59,398 nt of DNA from Gemmatimonadota bacterium (GCA_040389905.1 JAZJZK010000002.1:87411-146808); one strand, 5' to 3'; counted from the stretch's first letter, positions 20,419-30,547 are shown. Program-made: numbers and translations. The notes: generated by a model from the letters alone, not told the origin.

Positions 20419-20495
20419 GTGCAGCCCCCTCGACTTCGCTCGGGGCGACAACAGTGTCACCTCGAGCGAGCGGAGCGAGTCGAGAGGTCTGCACC
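20419..20495. repeat. repeat family A, two arms tail-to-tail between convergent genes
   Basis: GTGCAG..CTCGACTTCGCTCGGGGCGACAA then TGTCACCTCGAGCG..GAGTCGAGAGGTCTGCAC. Abuts both stop codons. Confidence 0.85.
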
Positions 20496-22015
20496 TATGG
20501 TTTTACGCGCTCCAGCCTCGCTTTCGCGACCATCGCCTTGACGTCGGCAAATAGCGTTGGCGCATGGTACGGAATGCCGTCCTTGATGGTCCATTCGACG
20601 CCACCACCATGGACGATTTTTCCATCGCGCACTTCATCGACGCCGGTGGGGTAGAGCACCTTGAGATTCTCGACCGGGTTACCGTTCACGACAATCAGGT
20701 CGGCGAGATACCCCGCGCGGACGCGACCAAGATCCGACTCGCGACCGAGGATGCGCGCATTGTTGCCCGTGGCGTGCTGGATGACCTTCAGCGTCTGAAA
20801 TCCGGCCTCCTGCTGTAGCTCCAGCTCCCGGATCAGGCCGAAACCATACATCTGGTAGATGAATCCCGCGTCATCACCAACGCCGATGAGGCCACCCTTG
20901 CGCTCGAAGTCGCGGAGCGCGGACATCCAGATCCGATAGTTCTCCTTCCAGTAAACTTCGTCCGTCGAGCTCCATCCAAAGAAATAGGATCCGTGATTGG
21001 CCGGATCGGGGCGGAAATACGCCTCGAGCGTTGGGTGCAGGTAATCGGTGAACCACGGCTGCGTTTGGGCCCGCTGCAGGTCGCGCGATGCTTCGTAAAT
21101 GTCGAGGGTCGGCACCCACGCGACGTTCGCGGCAACCAGTGTGTCGAGGACCTTGCCGAGGAGGACAGGGTCTGCTTCGCGCCACAAGCGTCCGGCCCAC
21201 CGAAAGCGATCGGTCTCGTTGCGGTAGTTGTAGCCCGAGGGAAAATGTTGGCGACCATCCGGAATTGCCGCGTCCGGAATACCATACCAATGCTCGATGC
21301 TCGTGGTGCCAAAGCGCGCGTCGTCGAATGCGTTCGTTTCCTCGACGCCGGTGTGATGTGCGACGCGCAGTCCTGCCCGGTGTGCTTCGTCGAGCGTTGC
21401 CTGCATGATATCGCGGTCGATACCCAGTATCTTGACGCCATCGGCGCCGATTCGCTTGAGCTCGCGAATGCGCGCACGCGCCGCGTCCGGCGTTTGCGGG
21501 ACTGGCTGATTCGAGAACCGCCCGTACACGAATAACCGTGGCGCGGCGATCTCACCACGCGCGCCGCGATCCCGCATCGCGATGATTTTCTCCGTCGTAT
21601 CGGCGCCGACTTCGCGGACACTGGTGATGCCGGAGGCAAGCCACAGCTTCAGCGTGTAGTCATACGGCTGTGGCACGCGGGCGCGTTCGTCCTGTAGATG
21701 CGCGTGCGCGTTGATGAGGCCGGGAAGTACGTACTTGCCGGTCGCGTCAATCTCGGCGTCGGCAGCGGGGCGCCTGGCAGTTCCGGATCGCACGGCCACC
21801 GGATCGAGGAAGGTCACGCTCGCTATCCGGTTGCCTTCGACGAGAATGTCCGCAGGCCCCGACGCGGGCGTGCCATTTCCGTCGACGATCGTGGCGTTGC
21901 GGATCGCGAGTCGAGGGGTGCGGACGCCGTTGCGCGCCGTTGCTCCTTGCTGGGCACCGACAACGTTAACAGCGACCGCGAGACAAATCAGAAATAGGCG
22001 GGATCTAGCGAACAT
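20495..22015 (-). CDS. secreted amidohydrolase
   Basis: PGLINAHAH metal motif, SIEH, GYLADLIVVNGNP. Signal peptide. Confidence 0.9.
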   Translation of the reverse strand: MFARSRLFLICLAVAVNVVGAQQGATARNGVRTPRLAIRNATIVDGNGTPASGPADILVEGNRIASVTFLDPVAVRSGTARRPAADAEIDATGKYVLPGLINAHAHLQDERARVPQPYDYTLKLWLASGITSVREVGADTTEKIIAMRDRGARGEIAAPRLFVYGRFSNQPVPQTPDAARARIRELKRIGADGVKILGIDRDIMQATLDEAHRAGLRVAHHTGVEETNAFDDARFGTTSIEHWYGIPDAAIPDGRQHFPSGYNYRNETDRFRWAGRLWREADPVLLGKVLDTLVAANVAWVPTLDIYEASRDLQRAQTQPWFTDYLHPTLEAYFRPDPANHGSYFFGWSSTDEVYWKENYRIWMSALRDFERKGGLIGVGDDAGFIYQMYGFGLIRELELQQEAGFQTLKVIQHATGNNARILGRESDLGRVRAGYLADLIVVNGNPVENLKVLYPTGVDEVRDGKIVHGGGVEWTIKDGIPYHAPTLFADVKAMVAKARLERVKP

Positions 22016-22045
22016 GAACTATGCGTGTGAAATGCCCGAAAAACA

Positions 22046-22150
22046 AATGAACCACAGAGGACACAGAGAACGCGGAGGACTGCGGAAGAACGAGAATGAA
22101 GTCCCGCTGTCCTCCGTGTCCTCTGTGTCCTCTGTGGTAAGTGCTCTTGC
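22046..22150. repeat. repeat family B
   Basis: Perfect 18-bp inverted repeat 22051-22068/22121-22138. Same AATGA and ..CTTGC flanks as the 6.3-kb copy. Confidence 0.88.
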
Positions 22151-22155
22151 AAAGA

Positions 22156-23664
22156 TTAATGAAGCCCCACCTGTCCCTTCACCGACGCAAACAACTTCGC
22201 CGAATCAAACCCAACTCCATCTTTGAACACGATTTCCATCTTCTCGACGTCGGCGATACGCGAAGACGGATCACCGTTCACGAGAATGAGGTCCGCGCGC
22301 TTGCCAACAGCAATCGATCCAATACGCGCTGCGCGGCCGAGATACTCGGCACCATTCAACGTCGCGACCTTGATTGCCTCGAGCGGCGTGAGCCCTGCCT
22401 CGACAAGTAGCTCGAGCTGTCGCTGATTCGAATAGCCTGCCACGACACCGCCATAGCCCGTCGGATCGGTACCAGCCAGTAGCAGCCCTCCGGCGCGAAA
22501 GAACGCCAGTTCGAACTGCATCTCCTTCGGGAACGTCGTTGCGTACGCGGATGTCGGTTGCCCGGCAATAGCCGTCCATCTGCGCGTGTATTGATCGCGC
22601 GCTTCCGGGAGCATGGCATCCAGTGCCCCCTGCGGCGCTTGCGGACGACCTGGCGTGAACGTCTCGAAGACGGTGAGTGTCGACGTCAGAGCAACACGCT
22701 TCGATACGAGGAAATTGATCAGCGATTGCACCGCCTCGCCATTCACGTCCAGCGACATCAACGAAGCGGTGACGCCGCCATTCGCCGTCGGGCATTCGTC
22801 CGGCTTCTTCCCAGTGACAAAATCGCTCGCGACGACCAGGCCATGTTCGAGGTTGTCGATGCCGAGCGTCGCGGCTTCTCGGAATGTGACGGAGCAAAGG
22901 TGACCCGTCACCTTGAGCTTTCGGCGATGCGCTTCCTTCACGACCGCGGCCAACTCGGCGCGAGTGATCTGCATGTACGTCTTGAACGACGTCGCGCCGC
23001 GATCCGCCCAGTGTGACACCATCTCGGTGGCATCCTTCGGGCCGGTGAGCGCATGGACCTGATAGATCGGAAGCCCAGGTCCATTCAAGTAGGGCGCGGT
23101 CACGTCGAGCGAGGGGCCGACGGTCTTCCCACTATCGATGGCTCGCCTGAGCTCGAGGTCTGCGTACCCAGCCATGTTGCCCGCCGTGCGCGCCGTCGTG
23201 ACGCCGCCGGCCAGATACAACCTCGGGAAGCTGAAGCCCTGTTCATTGTAGACGCTCCCGCCGCCCGACGGATAGAACATGTGCTCGTGCATCATCACGA
23301 GCCCAGGCATGACGGACTTGCCCGTTGCATCAATCACGCGCGCGCCGGCCGGAATGGAGACGTGATCGGCGTCGCCGAGGGCTCGAATGACGCCCTTCTC
23401 GAACACAATCGTCTGGTCCGTGCGCGCCGCGGCACCCGTCCCGTCGATGACTCGTGCGTGCGTGATCGCAACCACGGGCGCGTCGACACTCACGAACGGT
23501 CGCACCGCGTCCGTGATTGGCGCTTGCGCGCCCACGACCGCCGGGAGTAACCATCCAATAATCGCGAGTAGGCTGGTCCGCTCGTGTTGTCGCCTGCTTG
23601 CCCTCGAGGAGAGAAAGCGACGAAGGGAGCGTAGCGAAGGGCCTGCACCTGTTACGTAGGTCAT
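22156..23664 (-). CDS. secreted amidohydrolase
   Basis: PGLVMMHEH, GHL, LEHG, AGTDP, GKRADL motifs. ATG overlaps the S9 stop (ATGA). The N-terminus contains a repeat element. Confidence 0.88.
   Translation of the reverse strand: MTYVTGAGPSLRSLRRFLSSRASRRQHERTSLLAIIGWLLPAVVGAQAPITDAVRPFVSVDAPVVAITHARVIDGTGAAARTDQTIVFEKGVIRALGDADHVSIPAGARVIDATGKSVMPGLVMMHEHMFYPSGGGSVYNEQGFSFPRLYLAGGVTTARTAGNMAGYADLELRRAIDSGKTVGPSLDVTAPYLNGPGLPIYQVHALTGPKDATEMVSHWADRGATSFKTYMQITRAELAAVVKEAHRRKLKVTGHLCSVTFREAATLGIDNLEHGLVVASDFVTGKKPDECPTANGGVTASLMSLDVNGEAVQSLINFLVSKRVALTSTLTVFETFTPGRPQAPQGALDAMLPEARDQYTRRWTAIAGQPTSAYATTFPKEMQFELAFFRAGGLLLAGTDPTGYGGVVAGYSNQRQLELLVEAGLTPLEAIKVATLNGAEYLGRAARIGSIAVGKRADLILVNGDPSSRIADVEKMEIVFKDGVGFDSAKLFASVKGQVGLH
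23587..23650. repeat. repeat family A arm with nested 29-nt element, inside the amidohydrolase CDS
   Basis: TTGTCGCC-TG [CTTGCCCTCGAGGAGAGAAAGCGACGAAGGG] AGCGTAGCGAAGGGCCTGCACC. Confidence 0.75.
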
Positions 23665-25988
23665 GGCACCATCGAGATCGGCTTCGTCTCTTTCGTGTCT
23701 TCGAGCGTCTTCAGCACATCACGCCAGGCAAACTTCTTTCCCGAGTGCCGCACGTAGTAGTCCATCCACGCCATCTCGGCGGTGGCCTTCACCAGTTGAT
23801 TGCGCGGATCCGGGATGCCGTGCGTGTTGCCAGGATACACGAAGAATTCCGTGGGCACGCCGAGCTTCTTCAACGCCATGTGCAATTCCTCGCTCTGCGG
23901 CCTCGGCACGCGTGGATCGTTGTCGACGACGTGAATCATCGTCGGTGTCTTTGCATTCTTGATGTACGCGGCCGGCGACTGCTTCCACCAATGCTCGGCG
24001 TCATCCCAATACATCTTGTCGCCGAGATACCATTGGCGAACGCGCTGGACGTCGCTCTGTGCATACATCGATACCCAGTTGAAGACACCTGCTCCAGTGG
24101 AGATGGCCTTGAAGCGGTTCGTGTGCGTCAGGATCCAGTTGGACCAATGACCGCCGGCGCTCCAGCCGAACACGCCCATTTGCGTGCTGTCAGCGATCCC
24201 CTGCGCGATGAGATGATCCACGCCGGTCATGATGTCCTGATAGCCCTTGGTGAAATAGTCGCCCTGACTCTCCGTCTTGAACCTCTGGCCGTAGTTCGTC
24301 GAGTTGCGGTAGTTCGGTTGCAGCGTCACGTAGCCCGCACCCGCGTAGACCTGACCGGTGCCGTTGAAGCCCAACACGTCGGCTGACGCTGGTCCGCCGT
24401 GAATCGATACGACCAGGGGATAGCGTTTGCCTGGCTGGTATCCGACGGGTAGCGTGAGTACACCGCCCACGCTGCGTCCATCTGCGGACTTCCACGTGAT
24501 TTCCCGTGCGTCGCCGAGCATGAATTGTCGCGTTTGCGGATTTCCGTCGGTGAGTTGAAGCCAGGCACTTCGCGTTCCCAAGTCGTTCACGCTCGCAACG
24601 GTGTAGAGGGTCGAGGGCGTCTTTGGATCGCTGTATGAAATGAAGAGCCGTCCCGTATCCTCGTTTTCCGTAACATGGACTGACGCCGACTCATGAACGA
24701 CCGGCTGCACCGTATTCGCCGCCACGTCGAGCGCGAGCAGTTGATCTGTCGCCTTCACGCCATCGTCGAAATAGATGGTCTTTCCGTCCTTCGACCAGAA
24801 ACCCACAGACACATCGCCATCGAAGCCAGCGCCGAGCTTCTTGAACGATCCGCCAGCGCTGGACACATCCCGCAGGTACACACGACTGTTGTGCATGAAG
24901 ACGAAGTCGTCGGGCGCCGAGAACGCGACCAGCCGGCTATCGGGCGAGAACTCCACGCCACTTTCGGCGATATCAATATTCCTGGTCAGTCGTTCGATCT
25001 GTCCGGACGCAACGTTCATCAGATACAGATCCGCATTGTTGTTCTGCTCGAGCACGTTCCGCTCGTATCGGTTCGCCGAGATGCCGCGAAACCCGATCCA
25101 CTTGCCGTCGTCCGACATCGAGAATTCGCCGACACTGTATGAGGTGTCACGCGTCATTCGCGTCGTCCTGTCCGAATCGAGGTCGAGCGCCCAAAGACTC
25201 GACACGGGCGACTCCGCATTTCGCACGCGCACATCGAACCGCTTTTCGAGACGCAGCTTCTCGTCGACGTCGATGGTATCGGCTGTCACGAAATAGATGC
25301 GCTTCGAATCCGGCGCGAACCGCCAGAGTCCGACACCTGTCGGGTGCCGCGTGATCTGGAGCGCGCGCGCCGAATCGCCGCTTGCGATTGTGGCCGTTGG
25401 CAGCGTGTAGAGCTGTTCCTGCGTCGTCGGCCCGGAACGATAGACAAGTGCCCGGCCATCCTTCGAGAACGCGTATGTCGAAACACCATCGCGAGCGTCC
25501 GTGATTCGGCGCGCTTCACCACCATCGGGTCGCATGGCATAGAGCTGATACGAGGCACCACCCATCCCTCCCCCGACAGCGGGCGGGAAATACGGTGCAC
25601 CCGGACCACTCGTCGGTAGGGAACTGCCTCCTCGCCCAGCTGCCGCGGCGGGATCGCGATCGGAGAGGAAGACGAAGAACGCGCCGTCGCGCGACCACGC
25701 TGGTGCGTTCTCGTTCTTGTCTGTCGTGAAGGTCAGCCGCCGGGTATTGCTGACTCCCTGCGTTAGCGACACGAGGTACAGGTCGGTCTGTCGGCGTGCG
25801 TCCTTCCAGTCAGGAACACTGAGTGTGTACAGCGCCCATTTGCCATCCGGGCTCGGTACCGGTGCACCGATCTGCCGCATGTTCTGCATGTCCAGGAACG
25901 TCATCGGCCGTGTTGCCGACGCGTTTTGGGCGTCTGTCGCCGACGCGAGTGCCGGCAGCAGCAGTGCAACGAGGACGCTGCGATTCAT
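23661..25988 (-). CDS. S9 family (acylaminoacyl/prolyl oligopeptidase-like) peptidase
   Basis: IHGGP, GWSAGG nucleophile elbow, DPRVP, GNTHG catalytic triad contexts, propeller N-terminus. Signal peptide from MNRSVL. Confidence 0.93.
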   Translation of the reverse strand: MNRSVLVALLLPALASATDAQNASATRPMTFLDMQNMRQIGAPVPSPDGKWALYTLSVPDWKDARRQTDLYLVSLTQGVSNTRRLTFTTDKNENAPAWSRDGAFFVFLSDRDPAAAAGRGGSSLPTSGPGAPYFPPAVGGGMGGASYQLYAMRPDGGEARRITDARDGVSTYAFSKDGRALVYRSGPTTQEQLYTLPTATIASGDSARALQITRHPTGVGLWRFAPDSKRIYFVTADTIDVDEKLRLEKRFDVRVRNAESPVSSLWALDLDSDRTTRMTRDTSYSVGEFSMSDDGKWIGFRGISANRYERNVLEQNNNADLYLMNVASGQIERLTRNIDIAESGVEFSPDSRLVAFSAPDDFVFMHNSRVYLRDVSSAGGSFKKLGAGFDGDVSVGFWSKDGKTIYFDDGVKATDQLLALDVAANTVQPVVHESASVHVTENEDTGRLFISYSDPKTPSTLYTVASVNDLGTRSAWLQLTDGNPQTRQFMLGDAREITWKSADGRSVGGVLTLPVGYQPGKRYPLVVSIHGGPASADVLGFNGTGQVYAGAGYVTLQPNYRNSTNYGQRFKTESQGDYFTKGYQDIMTGVDHLIAQGIADSTQMGVFGWSAGGHWSNWILTHTNRFKAISTGAGVFNWVSMYAQSDVQRVRQWYLGDKMYWDDAEHWWKQSPAAYIKNAKTPTMIHVVDNDPRVPRPQSEELHMALKKLGVPTEFFVYPGNTHGIPDPRNQLVKATAEMAWMDYYVRHSGKKFAWRDVLKTLEDTKETKPISMVP

Positions 25989-26085
25989 GCGAGTATCTCT
26001 CCGCGAAAACATGGTAGGATGCCGCCAAACGTACGGACCCCGATCCACGCTTGCCAGACGCCGGAACAGAAAGGAAGTTGATCCG

Positions 26086-27228
26086 ATGAACATCGCCATC
26101 ATCGGCGGAGGGATCGGCGGGTTGGCGACGGCAATCGCCCTCCAGCAACGAGGCGTGCGCGCCAATATCTACGAGGCCGCGCCAGAAATTACCGCTGTCG
26201 GCGCCGGCATCATGCTTCCGCCGAACGCCATGGAGGTACTCGGCCGGCTTCAACTGGCGGACGCGGTGCGCGCAGACGGATTCCTGCTCGATTCCGGAGA
26301 GGTGCGCGACGTGCGGGACGGATTGCTCCAGCGCTTCGAACTGTCTGGCCGCGTCGATCGCGCCGACATGACAACACTCGCCATTCATCGTGCTCGGCTA
26401 CAGCGCATTCTGGTATCGCAGCTTCCAAGCGAATCGGTGCACGTCGGCCGCCGCTGCGTTGGGGTGGAGGATACTCCGGTCGGCGCGCGGATTCGCTTCG
26501 CCGACGGTTCCGAGCTTTGCGCGGACGTCGTGATTGGCGCGGATGGACTCCGATCCATCGTCCGCGAGTATGTCCGGCCCGGCATGCCCCTCCGCTACGC
26601 AGGCCAGACATCGCATCGTGCCGTCGCGCGGTTCTCACTTCCCAACGACGCCCTGCGATCGGGCACCGAGCTGTGGGCACCGGGGCGTCGCTTCGGGTTC
26701 GGCGCGATCGCGACGGACGAGGTCTACTGGTTCACCGCAATGGATACCGAGGCAGGGCAGCGGGAAGATCCTCTCCACCTTCATGCTCGGCTCACTGCGC
26801 TCTACGCGGATTTTCCAGCTCCAGTCCCGGCACTCATCGCAGCCACTGAGCCAGCCGACATCATCCATACCGATCTCTTCGACTTCGTGCCTATGCGACC
26901 ATGGCATCGTGGGCGAGTGGTTCTCATTGGCGACGCGGCGCATGCCACAACACCGAACCTCGGCCAGGGCGGTGCGCAGGCGATCGAAGACGCGTGGTTT
27001 CTCGCAGATCGCCTGGCCAACTGCGCCGACTCTCGGGCGGCGTTCACAGAGTTCGAAGCGCGGCGCGTGGAGAAAACGCGACGCATCGTCGAACGATCGA
27101 GACAAATGGGGCACCTCGGACACCTTCGAAATCCTCTCGCCCGTCGCCTCCGCAACATCGCGCTGAGGCTGGTTCCGGAATCCGTCGGCCGACGGCAAAT
27201 GGAATCGATTTTCCGCCTGAATTTCTAA
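26086..27228 (+). CDS. FAD-dependent monooxygenase (group A, salicylate hydroxylase-like)
   Basis: IIGGGIGG, IGADG, IGDAAHATTPNLGQGG fingerprints. AAGGA RBS before ATG 26086. Confidence 0.92.
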   Translation: MNIAIIGGGIGGLATAIALQQRGVRANIYEAAPEITAVGAGIMLPPNAMEVLGRLQLADAVRADGFLLDSGEVRDVRDGLLQRFELSGRVDRADMTTLAIHRARLQRILVSQLPSESVHVGRRCVGVEDTPVGARIRFADGSELCADVVIGADGLRSIVREYVRPGMPLRYAGQTSHRAVARFSLPNDALRSGTELWAPGRRFGFGAIATDEVYWFTAMDTEAGQREDPLHLHARLTALYADFPAPVPALIAATEPADIIHTDLFDFVPMRPWHRGRVVLIGDAAHATTPNLGQGGAQAIEDAWFLADRLANCADSRAAFTEFEARRVEKTRRIVERSRQMGHLGHLRNPLARRLRNIALRLVPESVGRRQMESIFRLNF

Positions 27229-27253
27229 CGGCGCATCGGCGTCGGAGGTTGTC

Positions 27254-27772
27254 ATGCTGACCCAGCTGGTCGCTCGTGAGTTGGCGGCGCAGGAACGGTT
27301 CTTTGGCGCCGGGACGATGGACTATGTGCGGATCATGTGGCGCGATGCGCGCGGCGCATTCTGGGGATTCGCGCTCGCGCGTCGTTTCCTCGGCTATCGC
27401 AACGCGCTCGACGCCACGATGTACCACGCGGCACGCATCACGGCGACGCAGCTCGAGGACTGTGGCACGTGCGTGCAAATGACGGTGACGGCCGCACGCG
27501 CCGCCGGTGTTGATGCCGCAATCGTGCGCGGACTCATCGCTCGCAGTCCCGGTGAGCTCCCGCCCGACATCGCCCGTGTCGTCGCGTTTACAACCGCAGT
27601 CGTGATCGCCGATTACGCAGCCATCGGCGAACTTCGACCGCTGATCGCCGAGCGCCTTGGCGATGAGGCGATGGTGGAGCTGGCCATGGCCATCGCTGCA
27701 GCGCGAACGTATCCCACGATCAAGCGCGGTATGGGCCTCGCACTGAGCTGCTCGGCCGTCGAGGTGGTATGA
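27254..27772 (+). CDS. AhpD/carboxymuconolactone decarboxylase-like protein
   Basis: EDCGTC CxxC motif in a helical protein. GGAGG RBS. Confidence 0.72.
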   Translation: MLTQLVARELAAQERFFGAGTMDYVRIMWRDARGAFWGFALARRFLGYRNALDATMYHAARITATQLEDCGTCVQMTVTAARAAGVDAAIVRGLIARSPGELPPDIARVVAFTTAVVIADYAAIGELRPLIAERLGDEAMVELAMAIAAARTYPTIKRGMGLALSCSAVEVV

Positions 27773-28332
27773 CGGAGCGTTTTCCGCTCGAGGCACCGTA
27801 CTCCGGCGAGGCGATCATCGACGCGCTCCTCGCACTCGAGGAGCGCTCGCACGCCTTTCTCGCCGCGCTTCCGTCCGACATCTTCTTCGCGCCGCAAGGT
27901 GACCGCTGGTCACCCGCCGACCATACGCGCCATCTCACCAAGTCCATCGGTGCGGTCGCAAAAGGGCTGGTCGCGCCGAAGCTCGTCGTGCGCATGCTGT
28001 ACGGTGTGCACGTGGGCCCGTCACGCGACCTGGCTACAGTGACCGCCGTCTATCGCGCGAGACTGTCACTTGGCGTCTCCGCAGGGAAATTTGCTCCCGA
28101 GCCACGCCCCACGCCCAGCGATCGCGACGGTGGTCGCGCGGCGATTCTTGGCCGCTTTCGTTCGGCGGGCGGGGACCTGCGAGCCGCCATACAGCGTTGG
28201 GACGCGAAACAACTTGACCGGTTGCACCTACCGCACCCCGCGCTCGGCAAGCTTACCGTGCGTGAGATGTGTTTGTTCACGCTTTACCACAACGCGCATC
28301 ACATGCGTCTCGTGGCTGAGCGGCTGAGCTAG
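27769..28332 (+). CDS. DinB superfamily protein
   Basis: WSPADHTRHL, HPALGKLT, HNAHH His triad. ATGA coupling to the upstream gene. Confidence 0.85.
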   Translation: MTERFPLEAPYSGEAIIDALLALEERSHAFLAALPSDIFFAPQGDRWSPADHTRHLTKSIGAVAKGLVAPKLVVRMLYGVHVGPSRDLATVTAVYRARLSLGVSAGKFAPEPRPTPSDRDGGRAAILGRFRSAGGDLRAAIQRWDAKQLDRLHLPHPALGKLTVREMCLFTLYHNAHHMRLVAERLS

Positions 28333-28374
28333 TGTCTGTCCTGAAACCACCATTTTGGAGCGCATGGCCTTGGA

Positions 28375-28535
28375 TGTCATCCCTCGACTCGCTGCGCTCG
28401 CTCGGGGCGACAAATCCTGAAGAGCGCTGTTTCAGCCCCGCATACAGCGCGCGGGGTAAACTCCGCGAGTCGAGCGGGTCTGCACCTCGCATACAGGCGG
28501 CAAGTGCAGATGGCTCGACTTCGCTCGGGATGACA
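28375..28535. repeat. composite repeat family A cluster between convergent genes
   Basis: TGTCATCCC.. start, ..CTCGGGGCGACAA, GAGTCGAGCGGGTCTGCAC, loop, GTGCAGATGGCTCGACTTCGCTCGGGATGACA. Confidence 0.85.
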
Positions 28536-28581
28536 ACCAAGGCCGTGCGCGCCGGAATAGGCGGTCCGGGACAGACGCTCG

Positions 28582-29847
28582 TTACGTCAGAGCCGCCTCG
28601 ATGACCTCCACCGCGCGAGCAACACCGCGATCAGATGCCAATCGTTCGGAAAGGGCAACGCATCGATCACGCATCGCACTGCCCGACACCGCCTGCTTGA
28701 TCGCCATCGCAAGACGATCCGCATTCAAGTGTCGCATCGGTATCGGATTTGGCCCAACGCCCAACGCGCGAACCCGTTCGCCCCAGAACGGCTGATCCAC
28801 GAAGAAAGGCACGTTGATCGACGGCACGCCGGCGCGTAGGGCAGCCGCTGTGGTTCCGGCTCCGCTATGGTGGACGACGGCCGCCGTGCGTGGAAAGAGC
28901 CACCGATGTGGCACATCGTCGGCAAGGAAGACACACGCGCGTTCTGAATCCGGAATGCCCTCCCACCGGCCCGCGAGAATCCCGCGCTGGCCGCTGCCGC
29001 GAAGCGCGTCGAGCACGACTCTCGTAATTCGTGGTGAACCTGACGGCATACTTCCGAATCCGACGTACACCGGAGGCGGTCCTGCCTCGAGGAACCGTGT
29101 CAGCTCGTCGGGCGGACGCCACCCGGCGTCGTCAAACCACCAATAGCCGGTGAGATGGAGTGCGTCGGACCAATCTGTTGGACGCGGCACCACGTGCTCG
29201 CTGAATGCGTACAGCATCGGAATTTCGTGTCGCTGCATTTCCGCGAATGGCCCGGCGCGTGTTGCGCGGATCGTCGGCAGACGCCGCTGAAGCATTGCAT
29301 TCGTGCTCGCCCGGAACGGTTGCCACGCGAGCGCGTTGATCGCGAGTGCATGCGACCACGCATTCATTCGCCGGCCGAGGTGCGTGCGTGGCGGCAGTGC
29401 GAGCGTCGCAAAGTCACCCGTGGGGTCCGCAGGCTGGAGACCGAACGCAACGGAAGGAACGCCAAGTCCCCGTGCGATATAGTGACATGCCGACCCATAC
29501 ACCTTTGGATGAACGATCAGGTCTGCACCGAGACAGGCATCGAACATGTCGTTGGCCATGCCGTCGAGCTGGGGCCGAATTTCCTGCATCATCGCGCGAA
29601 ACTTCACGATCATGTCGAAGGTTCCACGCTCCATGCTGTCGCGAACACGCGGTTCCTGGAGCATGCCGCCGAGGTCCGGACGGACGAGCCGGAACGCAAA
29701 GCCATGCCGTTCGACGTAGTGTCGGAGGCTTTCGTGCGTTGCGATGCGCACGCTGTGCCCCACATCGCGCAGGCCGGCCGCAAGAGCGAGGATAGGTTGC
29801 ACATCACCCCGCGAACCGAGCGCAATAAGCGCGATCGTCTTTGTCAT
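28582..29847 (-). CDS. GT1 family glycosyltransferase (sterol/antibiotic glucosyltransferase-like)
   Basis: GSRGDVQP, YVGFGSM, HHSGAGTT, DQPFWG motifs. Confidence 0.92.
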   Translation of the reverse strand: MTKTIALIALGSRGDVQPILALAAGLRDVGHSVRIATHESLRHYVERHGFAFRLVRPDLGGMLQEPRVRDSMERGTFDMIVKFRAMMQEIRPQLDGMANDMFDACLGADLIVHPKVYGSACHYIARGLGVPSVAFGLQPADPTGDFATLALPPRTHLGRRMNAWSHALAINALAWQPFRASTNAMLQRRLPTIRATRAGPFAEMQRHEIPMLYAFSEHVVPRPTDWSDALHLTGYWWFDDAGWRPPDELTRFLEAGPPPVYVGFGSMPSGSPRITRVVLDALRGSGQRGILAGRWEGIPDSERACVFLADDVPHRWLFPRTAAVVHHSGAGTTAAALRAGVPSINVPFFVDQPFWGERVRALGVGPNPIPMRHLNADRLAMAIKQAVSGSAMRDRCVALSERLASDRGVARAVEVIEAALT

Positions 29848-29974
29848 CCGACGCCAAGGTACACGGAACGCACGCGACCTTCAAACGCTATCGTGTAGTG
29901 AGGGGATCTCGCAGAGCGCGAAGCAGCGTTGCAGCTTCCCACTCCAACATCACCGCTCGCAACCGGAGGGACAG

Positions 29975-30409
29975 ATGACGGACAGGCTTGCCATCGCCAA
30001 GGCATATGAGCGCGCACTGTTTGCCGGACGGATGGACGAGGTGGCGTCATACTTCACGATGGACGCCAGCTACTGGGTCGCAGGTGCACCACCCATCGGC
30101 GGAGAATGGCATGGTCCTGACGCAATCGTCCGTGCCTTTACAAAGCGCGAATTCGGACTCGGTGCCGCCAATTGGGGTTATGAGGAAGTCTGGCGCGAGT
30201 GGTACACGGCCGAGGAACGCGTGATCGTCGAAATCCGTGAGCGGAGTTGGCTGAAGGAGTCGCCGGATGACGTCATGGACGCGCGTACCTGCGTTGTCAT
30301 CACGTTCCGCGACGAGAAGATCTGCGACATGCGGGACTACACGGATGCGTGGATCTACGAGGCGTTCAAGTCCAGACACCCCGAGTTACCCAAGTTCGCC
30401 TCATCTTGA
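29975..30409 (+). CDS. SnoaL/NTF2-like protein
   Basis: GGEWHGPDAI and FRDEKICDMRDYTD patterns. GGAGG RBS. Confidence 0.8.
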   Translation: MTDRLAIAKAYERALFAGRMDEVASYFTMDASYWVAGAPPIGGEWHGPDAIVRAFTKREFGLGAANWGYEEVWREWYTAEERVIVEIRERSWLKESPDDVMDARTCVVITFRDEKICDMRDYTDAWIYEAFKSRHPELPKFASS

Positions 30410-30432
30410 TGAGGGTGACCGGCCACGCGGGG

Positions 30433-30470
30433 TTGACGCTGGAGGGAAATGGCCATATAATTATGGCCAT
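30433..30470 (+). promoter_or_regulatory. sigma70 promoter with two ATGGCCAT palindromic operators
   Basis: TTGACG (30433-30438), 17-nt spacer, TATAAT (30456-30461). ATGGCCAT at 30449-30456 and 30463-30470. Confidence 0.8.
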
Positions 30471-30547
30471 AGACATATGTTTTGGACGCAATAAATGATA
30501 CCACGTGCGGAGATACGGTAACGCGTTTGGAATGTCAGGAGGTAATA

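Noticed and set aside
25717..26165. Head-to-head overlap of the S9 and monooxygenase ORFs as drawn in the ORF track
   Set aside because: Better starts at 25988 (signal peptide) and 26086 (RBS, GxGxxG at the N-terminus) remove the overlap.
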